DNA of 63,972 nt, the filler included, from Ministeria vibrans ATCC 50519 (lineage: Eukaryota > Protista > Filasterea), in assembly GCA_943704425.1 (NCBI GenBank). It is 9 parts of 9 records of this genome, joined end to end, with 100 filler letters (N's around TTAATTAATTAA, not from the genome) between each part and the next. Parts side by side here need not be neighbours in the genome. Positions count along the whole stretch, not along the records: positions 43,648 to 54,071 come from CALSCP010002396.1; positions 54,172 to 60,202 come from CALSCP010001427.1; positions 60,303 to 62,687 come from CALSCP010000228.1; 6 more parts are not named here. One strand, given 5' to 3'. The notes under the pieces were generated by a model. That model was not told the origin of the DNA. It did no database searches and worked only from the letters and a program-made list of their open reading frames with translations. Positions 49,322 to 60,557 of the stretch are shown here, one piece after another. Both the position numbers and the translations under genes were made by a program. Numbering within the stretch: position 1 is the stretch's first letter; every line of letters begins with the position of its first letter.

Positions 49322-49386
49322 GTACGAAAGTGGAGTTCTTCAATTGTGTGTCGCGCTCTGCCGCTCCCCATCGCTTTGCAGCTCAC

Positions 49387-49756
49387 CTACGCACATGCTT
49401 GAGAGAGACATGGCATTTCCATCGACGTGCACCCCCAATCTTCATGGTGTGTCTTTCGTCTATTGCTCTCTTTGAGTGGGGAAAAAAGAGACCGGCTTTT
49501 TTTTTTTTTTTTTTTTTTTTTTTTGAATTCGCAAAATACGGTGAAATGACGAGGAGAGCGATTGGACAGTTCGTACCAGTTCCATCGGGTCTACCAAGGG
49601 GTCTCCAATGGCCCTGAGCAGTCGCATGGTGTCTGTGTCTTCGGCACTTGAATCAGAGAGCGAATCTGACTCATCGCGCTGCGGACCGTCTGTCCCTGCT
49701 ATTCTCGCCTGCGGTGTGTCCACATTGCTGGGCGGGTCTTCGCCCTCGAGCGCCAT
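49387..49756 (-). CDS. 5' exons of an unidentified gene converging on the lipin fragment
   Basis: AT-rich leader then [21 protein letters not shown] with a GTACG donor; a probable second exon ends at a GTGAG donor near 49386. Confidence 0.35.
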
Positions 49757-49849
49757 TGAAATTACAAAAAAAAACAATACAAAATGTAAACTTTTTACTT
49801 TTATATCGAAATGGAATCGAATTATCGAAACTGATATCTACAAGGCACT

Positions 49850-52800
49850 CTACTCAAAGGAAACGCCCGTGCGAAGACGCACCATCAACTGCGCAAAGGT
49901 GGGACGCAGAGCAGGGTCTTCGGCCCAAGACTGGTCAATGAGGGTGGCAAGCGAGGGCGGACACGATGCAAGCGAGGGCCGTCCTCCCGCCAGAATGAAC
50001 TCTTCCAGATCCCATACGGAGGCACACTGGCCCTCGTAGGGAACCCGTCGCGTCAGCAGCTCCCACAGAATCACTGCGTAGCTGTACACGTCGACAGGGA
50101 AGCTGTAGTGTGATTCGTTGCGCAGCAGTTCGGGTGCTTGCCACAAGAGAGTGCCAACGCGACGGGTCAACTCAAACTGCCGCGGCTCATTCCCACTGTG
50201 CACCCCAGCGGCATTGGAAATGCCTCCATTGTCGCCATAAACCACATCACCCCCATTGGTGTACAGTCGCTCCTCTCGCAACGTGCCTTTACGCTTGCTC
50301 GTGCTCCCTTTCTTGTGCGCTGCACTTCCGCCACCAATGGAGGCAAGCAGAGTCGAACAGCCAAAGTCAGCAACTTTGGCTATTAGTGGCACTCGCGCAT
50401 TCTCGTCGGTGGTCTGTCCTATGAGAATATTGTCGCTCTTGAGGTCGCGATGGAGACACTTGAGACCGTGGAGCATTTCCATCGCACGCGCAATGTCCCG
50501 TGCAAACGACAACCGCTGCTCACTCGACAGCGACACACGCTCCACATCGCGAATCGAGTCACGCAGACTACCACCCGACATGAGCTCCGTCACGAGAAAC
50601 GGTACGCCGTTGTGCACTCCGGCGCCGTAAAAAAACACAACGTTTGCATGTCGCACCGAACGCAGAAAGGCCATTTCACGCTCAAATTCACTCAGGGACG
50701 CCTCGTCGGCCTCCAGCACCGCCTCACGCAGCATTTTTACGGCAACTCGTTTACCAATCCAGTCCCCTGAAAACACCTCGCCCATCGCACCGCTGCCGAT
50801 GAGTGACAGATCTTGCAAGTCTCCGTGACGAATGCGCCAAATCGATTCGAGTTCTTCCACCTGTTGCGAACGGTCTTCAAGGAGCCGCTCCGTCAGCGAA
50901 TATTGCGTCACGTAGTGTCGCGATCGCTTCATTGAACGCATCACACCGACCACCAGGAGTAGTAGGAGAACCAAAAGCACAAGAATAATGCCAACCCAGG
51001 GCGTCTCACAGCTGTCGGCGGCCAAGTAAAAAGCATTGCAACTGCACTGAGTGTTGCCACGCAGCACGTCCGTCACGGTGCACTGACCGTGACCATGGCA
51101 CACCGAGTGATCGTCGCACACATCGCATTCAAGACTGCTGGTGGCGCCTGCTCTTTGTGTCTGAGTGAGCGCAGGGCATGACAGACACACTGTGGCGCCG
51201 GTTGTGTTCGCATAGGTTCCAAGTGGACACGGCGTGCACGAGTCGACACGCAAATCGACGGCAGACGAGCCAGCGTTGCATCCAATGAGAACACGAATGC
51301 CCTGCGATGGCGTCTCTTCCTGCTGAATCCACATGGATGTGCCATAGAGATCGTATGGCATCGCAGTCGACATGACAAATTGAAGACCCGTCCCGAGCGA
51401 CGCCGGCGCAGCAGGCTCCAGCCGAGTCCACGTCAGATGCGGCATGTCAAGCATCCACAAATCGATGATGAGGCCTGGATCAACATTGGGTGCATACAGC
51501 GACTGTGAGAAGCCACCGGATACGATCATTTTGTTTCCAATGCGTGCAAAGGCAGGGTCCACACGCGCCTGAGGACGCGGCCATGAGGTGCGCAACGTCA
51601 CATTAGCCCATGTACCCATGGTCACAGCGCCATCCGCCCCGGTGCGCGTCACACTAAACTGCCAAGTGTCGCCAGTGGACACGGTGCACCACGAAGGTGT
51701 CGTTCGGTGTGACTCACACGGGGCCACTACATTGCAACGCACAAGAGTGAGAATGATGGCTGAATCTCTATTTATTCTTTTGAATCTTCATCCGTACTTC
51801 CCCCAAAGAGCATCATGCCGTCGCCCGCTTCGTTCTCCACCATGGCATAGCGCGCCACGGCCGGTCCATTGGTGGCAATCTGTGTCCATGTCTGTGTGAC
51901 ACTTGAAAAGGCCCACGTATCGCTGTAGAGAAGCACTTGACTCTGCTGCGGATTCACAACGGAAATGGAGAAGTTGTAGGGTCGTGAACCGCCGTGAATG
52001 CACACGGTGGGACCGCCTGGCAAGGGAATGCCTTGGAGAAAGGTGCGCGATGGTGGACGCTGGACGGTGTGTATGAGTTCAAAGACAACGTCTGACTCGC
52101 GGATGTGGACGTAATAGGAGTCATTGACGGGAATGACGGGCAGAAGGTTCTGCTGGACAAAGCCGCCGTAGACAAAGAGAGTTGTGTCGTTGAGGGGCGC
52201 CATGGCCATAGTGGCAAGTCCGTGAGGCGGCGCATTATATGCAGGAAAGTGAGTCCAGACAAAGGTGGCAAAATCAAGACGCCACACGGCCGAGTTAGAC
52301 ATTCCGGAGAGCTCAAAACCCCCAAAGGTAAAGAGAAAAGTATCGATGAGACTTGCGCCAGTGCCAAAGGTGCTGAAGGGTCCCGCCTGAAGAGGCAGAG
52401 TAGAAAAAAGCGACTTGGGGATGTCCGAGTCAACAAGTCGGTCGTAGTGGGGAAGCGAGTAGAGTTCAATGGCACTGTCGGTGAACGAACCTCCAATGGT
52501 GCCAAGGTCGAGACCGCCGTAGATGACGACACCCAGGTCGGGCACAAGCACTGCGCTGAAGGAGGTGCGTGCGCGCGTCTCGTAGAGCATGGGTAGCGTG
52601 AGGGCCGTTGCATTGTCAATCCAAATAAGCACAGCACGCATGTTGGGTGTCTGTGCGTTGCGGTAGCCAAGTGACGCGCCTCCATTGTAGAAAGTGGGAC
52701 CGGCAAAGGCGAGAATGGCATTGATGCTTGAAAGATAGACGGATGCCGAATAGTCGAACGGTTCGACGTCGTCCGGCGCACCAAGGTACGACCAGCTCAT

Positions 52801-53592
52801 GGTGGCTGTATTGAGAACCCAGACTTCGTCAAGAAAGTAATCGTCGCTCGTGAGACCGCCGAACATGGCGAGCGCCGTGTCATTGATGGACACAACAGCG
52901 GCATGAGCGCGCGGTGCAGGCGTATTCGCCGTGGTGATGTTAGTCCACACGTTCGTGTCCAAATCGTACGTCCAGTAGTCGGGAAAGACGCCAAAGGTAC
53001 CGTCAAAGCCGTCATCCCACAGGCCCGAGAACATGAGGAGGCGGCTGTCGGGTATTCGCACAAGATACGCTCCTCGTCTGGAGGGCGGGTACACTCCATC
53101 AACGGGCACCAGCTCGGTCCAGGCATACTCGCCAACTTCGGCGTCGGCGGCGTCGGCGGCGGGGGCGGCGGGGGCGGCGGGGGCAAAGCGGTAGAGCCCG
53201 CGAGCGTACACGGCGTCGCAGGTGATGCCGGCGTAGAGGAAGCCTTGGCGGTCCTCGGTGAGCAGCGTCGACCAGGCAAGCGGCGGCGGCGCAGGCCCAG
53301 ACACCGCCACGCGCCACAGCTGCTGCGACACATCAAACAGGAAAGTCTCGTTTGACAGGTGGTAGGGCGCCGAGCTGTTGCAGTTGACGAAGAAGTTCGT
53401 CGGCAACGTTTTGGTGACAACTCCACCGTACATGAGCATCAACGAGCCCTGGAGCATCCCTGCGGCCTGGTTGAACCGCAGCGCAGGCTGCAGCGGCGCA
53501 AGCGACGCATACTCAAACCCATTAAAGGCATTCTGCGACGCGGTCAGACTCAGGAGGGCAGTGAGGATGACGAGACGCCGACCGATCGACAT
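49850..53592 (-). CDS. Receptor-type TKL kinase: signal peptide, Kelch repeats, Cys-rich (GCC2/GCC3-type) repeat, EGF, TM, kinase
   Basis: Repeated MYGG/MFGG..W Kelch motifs, [83 protein letters not shown]. One intron near 51.69-51.79 kb. Confidence 0.93.
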
Positions 53593-53836
53593 TCAGCAGA
53601 AAAAATGTGAGTAAGACTCAATAAGAATCAATAATAAACATCAGTGATCCTATGGAATAAGTGTATCTCTTTTGGGACATTTAGGTTGGTCTAATGAGTC
53701 TGCGGAAGCTTATCAGTTATCACTGCTTTTTATTTTATGTGAATGTGATTATCTTTGAGAAAACTTTTATCTCCACATTTCACTCTCATTGAATTTCTCA
53801 TATTTTGATCTGCTGACCTCACCTTCAACCTTAACA

Positions 53837-54071
53837 ATGTCAACATTTACCGATTTTGCCGAGACGTCCTTCCACAAATACGCCCTTGTAGTCGGTCGAA
53901 GTGTGTTTGACAAAAATACTCTTGAGCTCGACTCACTCGCAGGCGTCGCACCGACCGTCCGTAACGTTGCCGTCGACCTTGTGCGCAACGGCTTCAACGT
54001 CGTCGTGCTTGCAGACACGCCCATGGCGCTGTCGCAGCCCGCTTTCGACGCGACGCTGGAAAAACAATACA
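53837..54071 (+). CDS. N-terminal fragment, possibly caspase-like (peptidase C14) fold
   Basis: KYALVVGRS..LDSL..V..DLVRNGFNVVV resembles the first strand-helix-strand of C14 domains. Cut by the linker before any catalytic residue. Confidence 0.35.
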
Positions 54072-54233
54072 NNNNNNNNNNNNNNNNNNNNNNNNNNNNN
54101 NNNNNNNNNNNNNNNTTAATTAATTAANNNNNNNNNNNNNNNNNNNNNNNNNNNNNNNNNNNNNNNNNNNNTTTTTTTTTTTTTTTTTTTTTTTTTTTGT
54201 GCAATTTCATTTTAATAACGTACGTATTTATAG

Positions 54234-56419
54234 GTGTGTCGCAACCTTATCTCACAAGTCCGTCGCCGGTTGTCGTGTCGACCGGCGCGTCTGCTTGATG
54301 AAAACATTGCGCTGCACAAGGTGGCGGCGTGGACGATGATTTTGGCTGCGTGCGTGCACACAGGTGCGCACTTTTTCAATGTGCTCAACGCAACGGATCC
54401 GGGTGCAGTCAAAGTCACAAGCGAAGACCCCGGCACCGATCCTATTATTGTGCTGCTCACAACTGTCGCGGGTACCACAGGCGCCGTTCTCTCCATCGCA
54501 ATCTTTCTCATGGCCACATCCTCCCTTGAGTTTATCCGTCGTTCCTACTACGACTTATTTTGGTGCGCAAACATACACGTCTTATTATTATTAATCTTAT
54601 TCTTATTATTAACTATGTTCTATGTTTTGCACATATTGGATTGATTGTACATCGTTTTTGCGTAGGGCTGTGCATCAGTTCTTTGTGGTTGTCTTTGTCA
54701 TTATGTGTGTCCATGGTCTTGGTGGCTTTGTCATGGAGGAGACCAATCCGTCCGTCTGCAATTCCAACACAGGTTCAATTTTCTTTTGTTCAATTAGTGT
54801 CTATTTTCTTTTGACACGCCATTTCATTTTGGATTGATCAGCTGCTTGCGAATACAAGCCCGTGGGGGGTGCGACGTGGAAGTGGATTGTCGGACCGTTC
54901 GTGTTGTATCTGCTGGAGCGAGTGCTGCGGTACACGCGCGCACGCCGGGCCTTCAAGGTCCTCAAGGTGGTTCAGCATCCGTCCAAAGTGCTCGAGATCC
55001 AGGTTGAGAAGAAGCCCTGGTTCAAGCCTCGTGTTGGACAATATTGTTTTCTCAATGTCGACGAGATTGCTCCCTTTGAATGGTATGCCAAAGCTGGAGA
55101 ATCGAATGATACGTGTGAACGCTTCTAATTATTCTCAGGCACGCCATTACTCTGTCGTCTGCGCCCGAAGAGACGTACGTTTCGGTGCACATTCGCGTGC
55201 TGGGCGACTGGACAGAGAAGCTTGCCAAGAGACTGGGCTGCCGATGGGACTCGGCGGGTGACGTCGCAGCGCAACGTAAGGGAATTAGTCTATTTTTTAT
55301 ATAATTCATTTGTTCGCTCTCACTTCTCTCTACCACTTTGTTTGTTCTCACCTTTGTTTCCTTGTACCTTTTGATTTTTTCTCTCTCTCATTCTGTTTTT
55401 TTTTCTTCTTTTTTTGCGTGCGGATTGATTTTGTTTCTCTTTCTTCAGCTGTTGCCGACTCGTTTACACTGCCTCGTATTGGATTTGATGGACCATTTGG
55501 TAGGGAGCACAAGAGAGAGATAGAGATAGATAGTGAGAGGAGAAAGAAACAAAGTGATAGAGAGGAAAAAGAAACAAAGTGATAGCGAGGAGAAACAAAG
55601 AGTGTGATAGAGAGGAGAAAGAAGCTGATAGAGAGAGAGAAAGTAACTGAACACAGAGTGATAGAGAGAGAGACATGTGATGCGTGATGGGATGTGCTCC
55701 TCGAGAATAATCGTGTGTGATGTCTGTGTAGGAACCCCCACGGAGGATGTGTTCAAGTACGAGGTATCCATGTGTGTTGGCGCGGGAATTGGCGTTACGC
55801 CCTTTGCCAGTGTTCTCAAGAGCATTTGGTACCACTTTGCTGGCATGGGAGAACAACAGCATGCCAAGTTTAAGCTCAAAAAGGTCTACTTTTACTGGAT
55901 TGCGCGCGACAAGGTACGAGCGTGATGACCGCAATGATAATAATATAATTATTAGGAATAATTGCTAAAACTGTGTTTGGTTGTGCGTAGGATGCCTTTG
56001 AGTGGTTTGTAGAGCTTCTTGATGCGCTTGAGGCACTACTGGAGGAAAACGGCGCGGGTGACTTCCTGGAAAGCAACATCTTCCTGACGGGCGCCATGGG
56101 CGAAGACTTGACAACCAATGTGCTGCTTAATACCGATGAAAATGTTGATGCCATCACTGGTTTGCGCTCAAAAACGCGCTTTGGTCGACCCGACTGGTAC
56201 GTGGGAGGATGGGTGTCGCTTTGCGAAACATGATATTCTTTTGTTTCTACTGTGTGCAGGCACCGTGAGTTTCAACGCGTGTCGGGAAACCATCCGAACG
56301 CGCACACGGGTGTTTTCTTGTGTGGACCGGGCCCAATTGCCAACATACTGCAGAAGCAGAGCCAGGCTTTCACGGTGCCCGGGGGAAACACATTTTCCTT
56401 CCAGAAGGAGCACTTTTAG
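54234..56419 (+). CDS. NADPH oxidase catalytic subunit (NOX/gp91phox family), 5' end missing
   Basis: CRNLIS, heme His pairs LHKVAAW..VHTGAH and [48 protein letters not shown]-terminal KEHF. Confidence 0.95.
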
Positions 56420-56790
56420 GCAGTACAAATGCAACAAGAGAGCAACGAATCGGAGAGAAAGGACAAAAAAGAGAGAGTGAGTTCTTCTATCTGCTGGCGG
56501 ATGGAAAACGAGGGAGGAGCGAGAGAGAGAAAGTATGGAGAAAGAAGCAAAGTGAAAGTAATAGAGAGGGAGAGAAAATAAAGTGATAGAGAGAAACGAA
56601 AAAAAGCGTGCTTAAAATAACAATAATAATTTGATATTCTTTCTGTACCATCGTGTGGTAGTTTAATTTGAGAAAGAAGTAACCAAATTGTTTCCACCGT
56701 AGCTGCCAGTTCTCAGCATCCATACACCCACATTAAGACTAGTATTATTATTAACTATTATAAATTTTTTATCTAAAACTATATACATTC

Positions 56791-57798
56791 TCAGCTTTTC
56801 AGCTCCTTTACCATGTCGTTGCGGACACGTTCCAGAAGAGCAGGAACATCGTCGGTTGTGAGCCCGGCGGTCGAGACGGGTGGAAGGACGGTAACCTGAA
56901 ACTACACACAATGGTGAGTGTGCCATTGCATACAAACACTCCATCATACCTCTCCGCTCGTAAACGTGGTATTGTGCGAGCTGTAAATGTGATCATAGTT
57001 GTGCACACAAATGGGCACGATATGAGCTTGGCACTGGACAGCCAGATGAAAGGCGCCCTTCTTAAACGGAAGGAGGTCCCCTTCACGGTTACGCGTTCCT
57101 TCCGGAAACAAAAAGGTATTAATGTGTCGCTCGCGAATGTTCTCTGCCGTTCGGTGCATCGCCTCAATCGCCTTGTTCGACTGGCGTCGATCGATCAGCA
57201 CGTTGCCTGCAATCCAAAATGCCTACAGCGAAAACAACAACCAACGAACGACGTACAAGTCAGTCGCTTGCAACCCTCGCCAAGAAAAAGCTTACCAGCC
57301 CAAAGAAGGGGACGTAGATGAGCTCGCGCTTGCCGACAGCAGCAGTCCCTCTCTGCCAGACGGCGGCCATGGTGACCAGGTCGAGGGACGAGATGTGGTT
57401 GCACACAAACACGGTGGGCCGGTGCGCCGACAGGTGCGCCCGACCCTTCACATTGGTGGTTAGGCCATACAGGTGACGAGCAACCCAGGTGAGCATGCGC
57501 ATCACGACCATATTGACCTCTACGTGCGCGACAAATTCACGTGCAAGTTCACGTCGCGTTTCCTCCTACCTAGCTGCTCTCGGTTGCAAAAGGGCGCCGC
57601 CAGCGTGCCCAGGAACGCGAGAAACGTCACCACTGACAAAAACACCGTTCGCTTGACCGCCCAATGCAGAAAGCGACGGTGGCGCACATACAGAACGACC
57701 AAAAGTGCGGCCATAGACGAAGCGGCGTAAGTCACGATCGACGTTTCCGCCAACGCGTCCATGAGCCGCTTCCAGCCACCATCAGAGACTTCTACCAT
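56791..57798 (-). CDS. 1-acyl-sn-glycerol-3-phosphate acyltransferase (AGPAT1/2, PlsC type)
   Basis: CNHISSLD, GKRELIYVPFFG, LIDR, FPEGTRN..LPFKKGAFHLAVQ..IVP. Confidence 0.93.
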
Positions 57799-58667
57799 AG
57801 CGTGTGCAAATTGTGTGCGAGTGTGATCACTGTCGCTGTGCGCCTGACTGTCAAAGCTGAACGGCGAAAAAATAAAAGAATAAGTAAAATAATAATAATA
57901 ATAATTATTATTCATTTTTGTGATCTTGCTCAACGGCAATAGATGAAGATGCTATTGCCCATTGAAATGTAAGCGTGAGAAAAGTGTCGACACTCGACAG
58001 ATTGACAATTGTTGAGATAGACTGGAGAGTGGAGAGGCGCAGAGACCTGGGGGGCGTGGCGGACTGGCGGTGGACTGGCGGTCAGGTTCGGTTCAGCCTT
58101 CCTTTCACTTTCTTTTGAGGCGATCGACATTACATGCGGCACTTGTGCTCTTCCAATCTCCATTCACCATTCACCATTGGGCATTGAGTCTATAGTCCAT
58201 ACTCATAACTCATTATCCGACTGGAAAGTGGAGAGGTCCACCGAGAAGGCATCAAATACCCAACGGGAAATATCCGGATGAATCACTTCGGTACAGGAGC
58301 CATGCGCGCCATGCATGGTGGTGCATGCTTGGGAGTTGATCAAAACAGGAGAGCAAAGCGTATTTTGATGACATGAAACGTCGAAGTGACAGCTCGAATC
58401 TCAACGCGAAATGAGAGCAATGAACTTCCATGTGAACTTCACATGAAATATCGGCGAGCGTACAACCCAGCAGCTGCCCGCCCGACCGCAATATCCGAGT
58501 AATGCTTTCAATGCACGCGTCACGCATGAGTCATGTCTTGATTGTTAATCGTAGCTTTCAGCTTGTGTTATTCAGTTCTTATGTTTTGCGTCTTTCCCTT
58601 TGGGTTTGTATTTGACAATCAACGTCAACTCAGGTCTCAGTGATTTTTCTTTTCTTCTCTGAGCCAA

Positions 58668-58771
58668 TGCGACTGCCCACACTGGTGGTGGTTGCTGCTG
58701 TTGCCTGCATGGCTCTTCAGCTTGCGGCTGGCGTCAACGCAGCCGCTCAACATGTCACTCAACAACAAACG
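58668..58771 (+). CDS. Possible signal-peptide exon of an unidentified small gene
   Basis: MRLPTLVVVAAVACMALQLAAGVNA followed by a GTACG donor. Downstream exons are not convincing. Confidence 0.3.
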
Positions 58772-59656
58772 GTACGAAGTGCTTCGAAAGAACACACGTC
58801 TGCTACCTGCCGTCTGTCCAGCCCTGGCTGTCTGTTGCACGCGCCCTAATCTCCTGCAGAGACACGTGTTCGACCTTTTTCGACCTTTTTTCTCACAGAT
58901 CCAAAAGAAGAGAAAAGAAGAAAAAACACAGTTGTTTGAAAAAAAAAAATCTTCACATGGAGAGATTCACAAGAAGATACACTGCAAACGAGTGCAATGG
59001 AAAAGTCCTCATTGCTGTCTGTGGCCCTGGCAAGTGGCTTTGACTCGCGGGACGCTGGCGTTTTGAGCTGGCGGCCCTACCTGCTTAATTGTGGTTCTTC
59101 TGGCGTTCTTTCGGCGTCTATGCAAAAACAAACTAAACAGCAACATGAGCACACAGTGAGGGGCGCATGGCATGAGGAACGGCTGTGCCTTTGGCCTTTG
59201 CGTGTTTTCTGATCTCTCATCGTCTTCCACGAGACGAGAAGAGGGGTTTTCGTTTTCGTTTTTTTTTTTTTTTTTCACTTTTTTATGCGTACCCACAAAT
59301 TCCCCACGGAAGAGTCGGAGAGAAAAAGAAATCGTTTCGCTTGTTCCGCTTGTTCGTGCACGGAGTGGTGGATTGTACGCGGCGAGCCACATCAGGCAAT
59401 GTGTCGCGTGTGTGCCGTAGTGAAGAGTGAACAGTTCACAGTTGTCGCTTTTCGTTGCCGCTGATCAACGTCAAAGGGAGCAGGAGGGGTTTTTTTTGTT
59501 TTTTTATCATTCTCTTTCTTTAATTTATTTTAAACTCTCTTTAAAACTCGTTAGGATAGCTTGGATGTCGTCGACCGGACGACCCGTGCTAAGCTAGAGG
59601 AGATCAATGCTGGTATACATGCCGGAGAGAGTAAAATAAATTATTAAGCAAAAAAG

Positions 59657-59900
59657 ACTGATCAAAAAAAAACCCGATTTTTTTTCAAAAACTCGATATC
59701 GAGTAAAAACGTTTTAAAACTTGTGATTTGCTATTGTTTGTCACGAAGAGGGGATTTTGGAACGCAAGCGAGAAGTGGAAGTTGTGCACCAAATTGGGTG
59801 ATCAACGGTGCAAAAGAAAGTGGAAAAAACGGGCTATCAGGCCCAGATAACCACTCGATATCGAGCCATAACAGAATAATCGGGTTTTTTTTTGATCAGT
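59657..59900. mobile_element. MITE-like element with perfect 23-bp terminal inverted repeats
   Basis: actgatcaaaaaaaaacccgatt (59657-59679) is the reverse complement of 59878-59900. CTCGATATCGAG palindromes lie symmetrically inside each arm. Confidence 0.65.
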
Positions 59901-59945
59901 ATCATTAATTATTATTATAATCATCATCCTTACTATTATTATTCA

Positions 59946-60202
59946 TGGTGTCAGAGCCCTAAGCCTCCACTGGGGGTATGGCGTACCATTGCGATTGCCT
60001 CACTGGATAGCGTCGAGACAGCACTATGACCTGCCACTGTTCTCCCATGTTACCTCTAGAGTTTCGGTNNNNNNNNNNCCACTGTTCTCCCATGTTACCT
60101 CTAGAGTTTCGGTCGAGTTTGCAAGGCGGTCTGGCTGTGTCTTCGCGTGGTGACTGTATCATTAATAAATGGGTTGTATTCTTCTTCTTCTTCTTCTTCT
60201 TA
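59946..60202 (+). mobile_element. Longest visible copy of the (TTC)n-tailed short retroposon
   Basis: 59970-60011 matches the reverse complement of about 21725-21766 (1 mismatch), and 60104-60190 matches the reverse complement of 21524-21610. Ends AATAAATGGGTTGTA(TTC)7. Confidence 0.72.
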
Positions 60203-60398
60203 NNNNNNNNNNNNNNNNNNNNNNNNNNNNNNNNNNNNNNNNNNNNTTAATTAATTAANNNNNNNNNNNNNNNNNNNNNNNNNNNNNNNNNNNNNNNNNN
60301 NNAAAAAAAAAAAAAAAAAAAACATTGAATTATGTACGAATGACAATCTGTATTGTGTAGACTCAGTGCGCGACGGAACACGCAGCAATAAAGGCACG

Positions 60399-60518
60399 AT
60401 GAAGATGAAGAAGAGTGCGTCGACGACAACGGGTGCCACAACGGCAAACCCGCCCACTGAAGAGAAACGTACCAAATTTTGCATCATGGAGCGTATGTAT
60501 GCATGTCTGACAATATAT

Positions 60519-60557
<39 letters not shown>

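Noticed and set aside
59944-59957. CA|TGGTGTCAGAGC resembles an LTR end plus the tRNA-iMet primer-binding site (TGGTATCAGAGC), suggesting a TRIM/LTR element
   Set aside because: One mismatch, no polypurine tract, and only an 11-bp shared stretch (GTATCATTAAT) instead of paired LTRs. Truncation pattern and tails fit TPRT better. Worth revisiting if this organism's tRNA-iMet ends in GCTCTGACACCA.
60034-60113. 35-bp direct repeat flanking 10 Ns
   Set aside because: Typical unmerged contig overlap in scaffolding.
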